Below, in pieces: positions 27,467 through 35,247 of a stretch of 64,000 nucleotides of DNA (position 1 is its first letter; every line of letters begins with the position of its first letter). The notes beneath the pieces are model-generated. The model searched no databases. It saw only the letters and a program-made list of their open reading frames with translations, and was not told the DNA's origin. Origin of the DNA: Gammaproteobacteria bacterium (GTDB lineage Bacteria; Pseudomonadota; Gammaproteobacteria; Nitrosococcales; Methylophagaceae). The position numbers were made by a program, and so were the translations under genes. The DNA lies in contig JARGFJ010000002.1 in assembly GCA_029210875.1 (NCBI GenBank), forward strand, positions 5,689-69,688, written 5' to 3'.

Positions 27467-28315
27467 GTGACTGAATTCGAAACTGCGACGCTTTATATAG
27501 TAGCAACCCCTATAGGCAACCTGTCTGATATGTCACAACGTGCGATTGACACATTGAAAGACGTATCGATTATCGCTGCTGAAGACACACGACATAGTGG
27601 CCACCTGCTTAAACATTTTTCTATTTCAACACCTAGCATTTCACTGCATGAGCATAATGAACAACAACGTAGTGAAGTGCTGCTGCAAAGACTTAAACAA
27701 GGTGAATCTGTTGCATTAATAAGTGATGCAGGAACACCGTTAATCAGTGATCCCGGCTATCGATTGGTGTCATTAGTACGTGAGCATGGTATTGCCGTTG
27801 TACCTGTACCGGGAAGTTGTGCCCTTATTGCCGCCTTATCGGCATCGGGTTTGCCATCAGATCGTTTTACATTTGAAGGCTTTTTACCTTCAAAACAAGG
27901 AGCGAGGCTGCAAACCTTGCAATTGTTGCTTGCTGAAAGTCGTACCATGATTTTTTATGATGCACCAAGACGCCTACAAGCTACCTTACATGACATGGTT
28001 GACGTGTTTGGTGAGTCTCGCCAAGCCTGTATCGCAAGAGAGTTAACTAAATTACATGAAACCATCACAACCAAACCACTTGGCGAATTAGTAGCATGGG
28101 TATCAGACGATACCAATCAGTTAAAAGGTGAATGTGTCCTATTAGTTGAAGGTATCAAACAGCAAAAAGATACCAGCGAAACAGAAATTAATCGGGTTCT
28201 GGCGCTATTACTTAAAGAATTACCCGTTAAAAAAGCAGCTGCGATTACAGCATCATTGTTAGATGTTAGTAAAAATACTGCCTATGACATGGCGCTTAAA
28301 CTTCAACAAAAATAG
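27467..28315 (+). CDS. rsmI: 16S rRNA (cytidine1402-2'-O)-methyltransferase
   Basis: 'LYIVATPIGNLSDMSQRA...AAEDTRHSG...LISDAGTPLISDPG'. GTG start. Confidence 0.9.
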   Translation: MTEFETATLYIVATPIGNLSDMSQRAIDTLKDVSIIAAEDTRHSGHLLKHFSISTPSISLHEHNEQQRSEVLLQRLKQGESVALISDAGTPLISDPGYRLVSLVREHGIAVVPVPGSCALIAALSASGLPSDRFTFEGFLPSKQGARLQTLQLLLAESRTMIFYDAPRRLQATLHDMVDVFGESRQACIARELTKLHETITTKPLGELVAWVSDDTNQLKGECVLLVEGIKQQKDTSETEINRVLALLLKELPVKKAAAITASLLDVSKNTAYDMALKLQQK

Positions 28316-28340
28316 TTGGTTTAAGGTAAAATTTATCGCT

Positions 28341-28697
28341 GAGATGGCCAGGCAATCGCGCTTTTAGAATACTAATTGTGAGGAAAGTCCGGGCTCCAAT
28401 GGGCAGGGTGCCAGATAACCTCTGGGAGGCGTAAGCCTACGGCAAGTGCCACAGAAAATATACCGCCTGATTTTTCGAAATCAGGTAAGGGTGAAATGGT
28501 GCGGTAAGAGCGCACCGCGCGGCTGGTAACAGACGTGGCAGGGTAAACCCCACCTGGAGCAAGACCAAATAGAGGAACAGTTTGCTTGCAAACACGTGCG
28601 GCCCGCATGGTTCCTGGGTAGGTTGCTTGAGGCAAACGGTGACGTTTGTCCCAGATGAATGATTGTCCTCGACAGAACCCGGCTTATCGGCCATCTC
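28341..28697 (+). ncRNA. rnpB: RNase P RNA, bacterial type A
   Basis: Colinear with E. coli M1 RNA: 'GAGGAAAGTCCGGGCTCC', 'GGGTGCCAG', 'GGTAAGGGTGAAA', 'GCGGTAAGAGCGCACCGCGCGGCTGGTAACAG' and 'ACAGAACCCGGCTTATCGG'. The P1 halves GAGATGGCC / GGCCATCTC pair. A TAAAAT -10 box lies at 28327-28332, and a T-run follows the 3' end. Confidence 0.93.
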
Positions 28698-29118
28698 GTT
28701 TTTATATCTAAAATAATAAAGCGCTTAATCGTGTTCTTAGCTTTGAAATGCTACACAAAGCATCACAATGAGATCAATTAATCGAACCCTGGCCGATTTG
28801 AGGATAAAGTACAAAGGCGACTAGGGCCCCATGATTGTCAACGATTAAGAATAAATCTGTCCTTTTTTCATAGTGATTGCAAAACTAGATCGCTTATCAC
28901 GCAGTGTTGCCTTTCTGTCGAGGTTCATGGAATCGAAGGTTAAATTCACAGCGTGTGATAATTCAGAAGCTACAGAAATAACAACAACGAAGGGAATGTT
29001 GTGGACACGATCAGTAGTTAAACGAGTGGTTAATGCAAACACGATGCAATAAGACTAATACACATAAGGTAAAATATCGTTATTTGAATGCACACAGCAC
29101 AGACTTACTTACAGGCAA

Positions 29119-29149
29119 CAAAAAAGGGCTGCCAAAAATTGACAACCCT
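29119..29149 (-). terminator. rho-independent terminator of tRNA-Met
   Basis: On the minus strand, AGGGTTGTC-N7-GGCAGCCCT forms a 9-bp stem that includes two G-U pairs, followed by TTTTTT. Confidence 0.6.
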
Positions 29150-29160
29150 TTAATATCTTG

Positions 29161-29237
29161 TGGTGGCTATGACTAGATTCGAACTAGTGACCCCATCATT
29201 ATGAGTGATGTGCTCTAACCAGCTGAGCTACATAGCC
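29161..29237 (-). tRNA. tRNA-Met (CAU), elongator type, with encoded CCA
   Basis: The reverse complement GGCTATGTAGCTCAGCTGGTTAGAGCACATCACTCATAATGATGGGGTCACTAGTTCGAATCTAGTCATAGCCACCA is nearly identical to E. coli elongator tRNA-Met. Confidence 0.95.
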
Positions 29238-29251
29238 ATGTGAAGCAGGGC

Positions 29252-29280
29252 ATTTTACGTCCCTATCAATAAAATATCAA
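29252..29280 (-). promoter_or_regulatory. sigma70 promoter of tRNA-Met
   Basis: On the minus strand: TTGATA, a 17-nt spacer, TAAAAT, then a GC-rich discriminator (GCCCTGC). The -10 box ends 14 nt before the mature 5' end. Confidence 0.5.
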
Positions 29281-29409
29281 GAAGTTCCTGCACTTTTAAT
29301 CAGCCCATCAACTTAATGTTGATCCCAGTTACGAGACAATGCCTGATTGAGCATAGAATGGTACACAATCTCCATTCGGCTAATTGAGTTATGCCAATCA
29401 AAATGATTG

Positions 29410-30423
29410 TTATTTTTTTAAATTCTGCTTCACTATAAAAACCCTTAATTTGGAAGTTAGTGACTGCCAATACCAACCGATTATCGTTATTACTATGGTA
29501 ATTAATGCATAAATCCAACGGGCATCTCGATCTGCTAACGCTTTTCGTTGATAGTCTTTTTTGTTTAATGCGGCAATGGCATCATCTGGTGTTTGAACAC
29601 GCACTAATTCAAATCCAGATGCTTTAGAAAGACTCTCCATAATGGTTTTGTTAAATGACGATAGATGTTCATTTACCTGGTCTAATACGCCTTCAGGGAT
29701 GGTTTCACCACGTTTAATGGCATGGGCATAGGCAATCAGGTCTGGATAGTTACCCTGTGTTAATGCGTCTATCTGGCTCCAATAACCAACCACCTCATCT
29801 TGTTCATTAAATAGTGGTATAGGTTGTAATGTGTCTCCACCGAGTCCTAGTAACACACCTTTTACTTCGCCCCTATGTTTGGCTAATTTGTTCATATATA
29901 AGGATGTGCGGCGTGGCATTTCATCGCCATCCGTCAGTAACACCAGATTCATATTGCGTTCCTGTGCTTGTTGGATAGCTTTGATCGTCACATCGGTAAT
30001 TTTAGAGTCGCCAATCCAACGGGCTCGTCTATTCAGGCTGGATATCACTTTTTCGATTGCAGGGAAATGTCGGCAGATTTCAAGCGGTTCAAACAGCAAT
30101 ACGGACTCTTCGCCGGCAGTGAGACCAAGAGCAACTCTTGAGCCACAAGGTAGACTGGCCATACTATCTTGTACTGTATGTTTTGCTAATGTGAGCCGAT
30201 CACTACGGGGTGTTGGATAATGAACATCACGAACCGACATGCTTTCACTAATATCAATGATAAATAGCGTGTCCTGTACCAGACTGTTCAGTCGCATTTG
30301 TGGCTCAAACCAGACGGGTATCAAAATCAAGACAGCTATCACATAACAAAAAGCGCCATTATTTATCGCACGTGTAATGTAGGTATAACTGTAGCTAAGC
30401 AGTTGTTGTAACTGTTGATTCAA
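29410..30423 (-). CDS. membrane-anchored VWA-domain protein (MxaL-like)
   Basis: N-terminal TM segment, MIDAS motif 'DISESMS', 'LLTDGDE', and a C-terminal TM segment. The TTG start overlaps the upstream stop (TTGA). Confidence 0.65.
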   Translation of the reverse strand: MNQQLQQLLSYSYTYITRAINNGAFCYVIAVLILIPVWFEPQMRLNSLVQDTLFIIDISESMSVRDVHYPTPRSDRLTLAKHTVQDSMASLPCGSRVALGLTAGEESVLLFEPLEICRHFPAIEKVISSLNRRARWIGDSKITDVTIKAIQQAQERNMNLVLLTDGDEMPRRTSLYMNKLAKHRGEVKGVLLGLGGDTLQPIPLFNEQDEVVGYWSQIDALTQGNYPDLIAYAHAIKRGETIPEGVLDQVNEHLSSFNKTIMESLSKASGFELVRVQTPDDAIAALNKKDYQRKALADRDARWIYALITIVITIIGWYWQSLTSKLRVFIVKQNLKK

Positions 30424-31016
30424 GGCAAGCCTCGAATAGTATTATCCTTCATGTGCATTCGGCCATCTTGTAATATGGGTGTGATTTGATAGGTATAACC
30501 ATCACCTGTTTTGAAACCCTGGGTGCGCTTTTCAGGACTGAGTCTATCAAGCAATTCCAGATTAAATCTTGCCTGATACATGTCCGGTTTTAGTCTTAAT
30601 GCTGCTTTATAGGCTTCACGCGCTAGTATCACTTGCTCGACAATTCGACGACTGCCGCGCTCTTTTCCAAAATCATTCATCATACGATGAAAATGTACAT
30701 TCGCAATCGCAAATTGTGTGATTGCCCGCAATGTTGGATCGGTTGTCACTTCGGCAATTTCAAAGGCTTTATCTGCTTGTTCTAATTGTCCTTGTTGCGT
30801 TAGCAAGTAACCGATACTGTAGGCATGAAGAAAATCATCTTGACGCAACTCATGTTGCAGGATGGATTGATCGATAAAAGCCCGATTTAATTGCCTGGCC
30901 TGAAAGGTTTGGACAACCCCATAGATCGCTACACTCATCAGGGAAAAGGCCATAAATAGAATGAGATGAGGCAGGTTTGACCATAGCAAACGGCGGAGCT
31001 TATCAGATGGAATCAT
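30420..31016 (-). CDS. TPR-repeat membrane protein (MxaK-like)
   Basis: One N-terminal TM segment followed by TPR-like helices. ATGA overlap with the upstream gene. Confidence 0.55.
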   Translation of the reverse strand: MIPSDKLRRLLWSNLPHLILFMAFSLMSVAIYGVVQTFQARQLNRAFIDQSILQHELRQDDFLHAYSIGYLLTQQGQLEQADKAFEIAEVTTDPTLRAITQFAIANVHFHRMMNDFGKERGSRRIVEQVILAREAYKAALRLKPDMYQARFNLELLDRLSPEKRTQGFKTGDGYTYQITPILQDGRMHMKDNTIRGLP

Positions 31017-32008
31017 TTCGATACCCATTGTGTGATTTCATGCTGTTTCAACCAAAATAGTAGGCATAGCAATATTAGTGCAAGCCAGTAAAAATAGGAT
31101 GCAAAATCTTGTCTGGGCAATCGAAACTCATATCGGGTTGACTGATTGGTCATACGACTAATTTCTGCAATAGCACGTTGCAAGCCTGGTTTACTACTGA
31201 CTTCAAAGGCGGAATAAGGTACGCCAAGTGATTGAAATGATTGATGTAGTGCGACATCAGTATCAATAGCACCATCCATGCGACTTAAGTCAGCGACATC
31301 GAGAAAATGATCGTCATCATCTTGTACATAAATCCACATCAATTGCACCTGGTATTGGTGAAATAGCTGTTGCAAAACGTCTTTTTCTTCTGTCTTTATT
31401 TTGGCATCACCATCAGAAACCAATAGCAATACTCGTGTTGCTGTTAGTGGACGATCCTTAAAGTAGTTAAGCCCAACTTCTAAGGCCTGACTTAACGCGG
31501 TATTACCTGAGCTATAGCTTTCAGCACTTTTTAGTGCAGCACGCGCTAACTCACGATCAGAGGATAATGGCGCAACAGCAATGGCAGAGGCATTAAAGGC
31601 CACCAATCCAAACGTATCTGCCTGACGTTGATCGAGAAATTTTAGCAACACGTCTCGCGACGCCTGTATCCGCGTAGTCGATTTTTTTTGAATCAGCGGA
31701 TCCTGCCGTACCAGGTTTTCTGACATACTGCCGCTTCGATCTAACACCATTACAATTTCGGCACCATTACCAATTTTTGTCTCCGTTCCTCCTTCTGTAA
31801 ATGGCGCTGCTGCCGCAATAGTAAGGGCAATAACAGTCGTTGCCGCTAATGCCCTTACTAACCAACTTAAATTGTCTGAAAGCAGATCTTTAGGCCAGTC
31901 TTGCAGTCCTGGAAAGTTGAACTGTTTAACGCCATATGAAAGCAATGGCATGACAGCAAGTAATCCACACCACAACAATTCAGACTTATATAAATGCCAC
32001 TCAGCCAT
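31013..32008 (-). CDS. VWA-domain membrane protein (MxaC/BatA-like)
   Basis: Two N-terminal TM segments, MIDAS motif 'VLDRSGSMSE', 'LLVSDGD', and a C-terminal TM segment. The ATG at 32008 overlaps the upstream gene by 8 nt. Confidence 0.7.
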   Translation of the reverse strand: MAEWHLYKSELLWCGLLAVMPLLSYGVKQFNFPGLQDWPKDLLSDNLSWLVRALAATTVIALTIAAAAPFTEGGTETKIGNGAEIVMVLDRSGSMSENLVRQDPLIQKKSTTRIQASRDVLLKFLDQRQADTFGLVAFNASAIAVAPLSSDRELARAALKSAESYSSGNTALSQALEVGLNYFKDRPLTATRVLLLVSDGDAKIKTEEKDVLQQLFHQYQVQLMWIYVQDDDDHFLDVADLSRMDGAIDTDVALHQSFQSLGVPYSAFEVSSKPGLQRAIAEISRMTNQSTRYEFRLPRQDFASYFYWLALILLCLLFWLKQHEITQWVSK

Positions 32009-32966
32009 GATGTTGGCTCCGGCATCGATGTCGATATAACCTTTCTTTGATGCCGGCATGCCGAATCCAGCTCAAGGTATCTTTTACAGATATTACTTTG
32101 CAGGCTAACGCATCAACATAAGCTGCTCGCCAGGATCGTTCAAAAAATAACTCAATTTCATTGGAAAACTCTGCCAAATAAGGCGCATGTTGATATAACC
32201 TTGTTAGTGTGTCGGGATAAAGGCTCTGCTTTGCAGAGGCCGCAAGTGCTTTATTGATAAGATGCAAGTCTTCCAGACTAAACTCAGTTTTTAAGGTGCG
32301 TTTTGATAACTGACGTAACAATTGTGTGATAGGGCCAGGATTACGGGGCCAAACGGTTACTTTATCGTGTAACCACAACCAAAAGATAACCAACCCTATT
32401 GCAAGCAATAGACTGATGATTGTCAGCCAAAATGGTGTCACATCGTCAAACTTAGGAGGATAGAACAGTGGTTTTGGCTTTTCATCCGTGATCAATTCAG
32501 GTAGGACGGGTGAAAGATAAATCATTTGCTCTGCTGGAAAAATATAAGCGGGTTTTTCCATTTGACTAGGTTTACTTACAATCGGTAGCGTTTGTAACAC
32601 AATCTGAGGTAACTTTATGTATTGAGCCTTTTCTACAGTGCTGAACACTTGCCATACATAAGTAATTTCGTAATCAATGCCTTCAGATGATTTCTGCTGT
32701 TTTACTTTGATATCATGCAGATCAATCCAGGCGTTTATAGGGCCTTTGAGTGGCACACTTAATGGATCTAACACCAACGGCTCAGGTAATGTGAAGCGTA
32801 TCTGCATCGAAATAAAATCACCTAACATATAGCCATGATCACGCATATCAACAGAGACGGGAACAATAGATTTAACCTGTTCGTCAGCTGCATTAGCGGC
32901 AGCCGTCATCTGCCAGCACACTAATAGCAATAAACTAACAAACATGTTGGATATGATCGTTTTCAT
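32001..32966 (-). CDS. signal-peptide protein with one central TM segment (MxaA-like position)
   Basis: 321 aa. Signal peptide ends '...TAAANA'. TM segment 'FWLTIISLLLAIGLVIFWLWL'. No motif recognised; the assignment rests on position and size only. Confidence 0.45.
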   Translation of the reverse strand: MKTIISNMFVSLLLLVCWQMTAAANAADEQVKSIVPVSVDMRDHGYMLGDFISMQIRFTLPEPLVLDPLSVPLKGPINAWIDLHDIKVKQQKSSEGIDYEITYVWQVFSTVEKAQYIKLPQIVLQTLPIVSKPSQMEKPAYIFPAEQMIYLSPVLPELITDEKPKPLFYPPKFDDVTPFWLTIISLLLAIGLVIFWLWLHDKVTVWPRNPGPITQLLRQLSKRTLKTEFSLEDLHLINKALAASAKQSLYPDTLTRLYQHAPYLAEFSNEIELFFERSWRAAYVDALACKVISVKDTLSWIRHAGIKERLYRHRCRSQHHG

Positions 32967-33820
32967 GTAAATTTCTTAAAATACTCAGTTAATAAGCCTG
33001 ACTTAAACTGATCATGCACAACAAAAGGTTTGATATTAAAGCGACGACAATCACTTATCACCTCGGAGGTATGTTTGTTTCGAACTGCTTCGATCTTTTG
33101 TTTAAGCGCTGGTCGCATCCAGACAAAACGTTTATCGCCTGTTTCTATATCATTAAGGATGGCCAAACCATGGTTGGGTGCACTATCTGTTTCGGCAGAA
33201 TCTTGCAACATGATAGGGACAACATGGTGATGATTAATTTTTTTTAATAGATGTTTTAACTGATCTTGGGGCCAACGAAAATCAGAAACAACAAAGACAA
33301 GACAAGGTTTTTTGGGTAAATAGGCGCTAACTTTTAATAAGCCTTCAACATGATGCCCTTGCGGTCTGATAGTCGGTAGGTGCTTATTGATCCATGTCCA
33401 TGCACTTCTATTTGGTTTGGGCGGTAACATTTGTATTTTATTCAGTTTTTCTGCACCCATATATAAGCCAAACGCATCACCCGAGCGGTAGACTGACAAA
33501 GCTAATTGACGGCTTATATCCTGAACAACTTCAAAGCGACTGACTTTTCCGATATAGCCCATCGAAGCTGACGTGTCGATTAATACAATAACTTTGGTAG
33601 CCGTATTGAGATAAAAATCTTTTACCCACAACTGTTCGAATGGATCACGAATGCTGGCAAGAAGAGCCAGACGTCTGGGATCAGGATTATCTCTTAGCAT
33701 CACAACAGAACGTAATTGCTCACCTGTTCCTGCAACATGACCTTGACCAGATCCTGGCTGATAACCTGATGGACGCCAGTGGGTATGATAATTAATTAAC
33801 GGTTGCTGTGACATGATCAA
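32963..33820 (-). CDS. DUF58-family protein (MxaS-like)
   Basis: 285 aa with a VWA-like 'VLIDTSASMGY'. Immediately downstream of the MoxR ATPase, as is usual for DUF58 genes. Confidence 0.75.
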   Translation of the reverse strand: MIMSQQPLINYHTHWRPSGYQPGSGQGHVAGTGEQLRSVVMLRDNPDPRRLALLASIRDPFEQLWVKDFYLNTATKVIVLIDTSASMGYIGKVSRFEVVQDISRQLALSVYRSGDAFGLYMGAEKLNKIQMLPPKPNRSAWTWINKHLPTIRPQGHHVEGLLKVSAYLPKKPCLVFVVSDFRWPQDQLKHLLKKINHHHVVPIMLQDSAETDSAPNHGLAILNDIETGDKRFVWMRPALKQKIEAVRNKHTSEVISDCRRFNIKPFVVHDQFKSGLLTEYFKKFT

Positions 33821-33825
33821 ACGAT

Positions 33826-34845
33826 TTATGCCGTTGGCACGCTTTGAAGAATAGCTGTAGTAAATGCCTTGGCGATCCGGCTTCGCTGCAATTCATAAAC
33901 AGGCGTAAAAAACAGCCTATGCGCGACAACCTGATGAAACACATTGGCGATATCTTCTGGCGTTAATGTAAGTCGACCGCTCAACCATGCTGACACTTTG
34001 GCTGCTTGGATTAACATACTGGCACCACGTGGTCCCATTCCTGCCACCATTAATTCATCCATTTCAATATCAGGTAACGCTATACCATAATCTTGTGGTC
34101 GATGTGTTGCGTGGCGTAAATGAATGACAAACTGTTTAACGGCATTACCTGCCGTAACAGATTGCTGAATTAAAGGTGCAAATTCCGTCAGTTTGTCAAA
34201 TGGAATATGTGATGATGAAATCGATGAGATAAGTGTGTCAGTATCATGAAAACGCTGATCAAAATAAAGTGATTTCAACACGTCACTATCCGTTTCCGGG
34301 TTAATTTCCAATTCCATTAGAAATCGATCACGTGCGGCTCCAGGCAGCTCAAATGTTTCTTCCTTTTCGACAGCATTACGATCTGCAAAAACTAATAAAT
34401 GGGGAAACTGATACTCTTTATTAAATGCACTGATACTTCGTTCAGCCATTGTTCTCAATAGAAGCGAATGCACTTGCGGCCTAGCCCGATTAATTTCATT
34501 GAAGAAAAAAACGGACAATGCTTCACCTTGTTTCAGGATAGGACCAGGATCAACACGAGGCTTACCTTCCATATCAATAAAGGTATGGTAAATTAAATCT
34601 TGAGGCATCAGATCAATAGTGCCTTCAACACGCTGATAGCCACCACCCAAGCCTCTGGCTGCAGCACGCAAAAGTGTTGTCTTTCCAACTCCCACATTAC
34701 CTTCTAACAGAACATGACCACGAGCAAAAATTGCGATAGTTAATGAGCGTATTGCTGGCGCCAGTCCTAAAACTACGCTGTTTAGCTCTTTTTCATACTG
34801 TAAGGCCCTGTTGCGCCATTGTGTCAATTCGTTTTCAGACATCAC
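33826..34845 (-). CDS. moxR: MoxR-family AAA+ ATPase (MxaR-like)
   Basis: 339 aa. Walker A 'GNVGVGKT'. The Walker B region 'FFFNEINRARPQVHSLLLRTMAER' is a MoxR signature, with N where D is canonical. Confidence 0.9.
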   Translation of the reverse strand: MMSENELTQWRNRALQYEKELNSVVLGLAPAIRSLTIAIFARGHVLLEGNVGVGKTTLLRAAARGLGGGYQRVEGTIDLMPQDLIYHTFIDMEGKPRVDPGPILKQGEALSVFFFNEINRARPQVHSLLLRTMAERSISAFNKEYQFPHLLVFADRNAVEKEETFELPGAARDRFLMELEINPETDSDVLKSLYFDQRFHDTDTLISSISSSHIPFDKLTEFAPLIQQSVTAGNAVKQFVIHLRHATHRPQDYGIALPDIEMDELMVAGMGPRGASMLIQAAKVSAWLSGRLTLTPEDIANVFHQVVAHRLFFTPVYELQRSRIAKAFTTAILQSVPTA

Positions 34846-35168
34846 TATCCCGAAATAGTTACTTTCATTTAAGATGCGACGAATTACACCATCAATCCCT
34901 ATCTACTGAATAGGGAATATCTCTGCTATAAAAAAGGATTATTTACTGTATTGATGGATTGATATGGTTTTTTTGCTAAAAGCGTGCTTAGGGTTGTTTC
35001 TGAAAACAGAAACGCCAATCAAAGATATAACAGCTCTTAGCTATTATTGGGTTTTGAAATAAACCAATTTGGTGCTAGTATCAATTTAGGATTACACCAA
35101 TCAATAATGTTTAATTAAATATCACAGCTGCTTTTTTATACTTGAAGTGAGATTGGTGATTACAACTT

Positions 35169-35193
35169 CAAATAGCAACAGCTTTGCTATTTG
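35169..35193 (+). promoter_or_regulatory. 10-bp-arm palindrome in the sps leader
   Basis: CAAATAGCAA-CAGCT-TTGCTATTTG, 55 nt upstream of the sps ATG. It could be an operator or an RNA hairpin. Confidence 0.3.
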
Positions 35194-35247
35194 TCAGGGC
35201 TTAGCGTTTTACTTTTTTGATAAGGGTAGTTAAACCAATATGCCGAT

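Noticed and set aside
28372-28694. Two minus-strand ORFs (87 aa and 85 aa)
   Set aside because: They lie entirely inside, and antisense to, the RNase P RNA gene, whose conserved core is unmistakable. They are artefacts of the structured, GC-richer RNA.
28770-28830. tRNA-like T-arm fragment ('AATCGAACCCTGGCC'), considered as a possible att site or tRNA remnant
   Set aside because: No cloverleaf can be drawn. There is no similarity to the 3' end of the neighbouring tRNA-Met.
29378-29400. Hairpin CAATCA-AAA-TGATTG followed by a T-run on the plus strand
   Set aside because: No plus-strand gene ends there. On the relevant minus strand the T-run precedes the stem, so it is not a terminator for the VWA gene.
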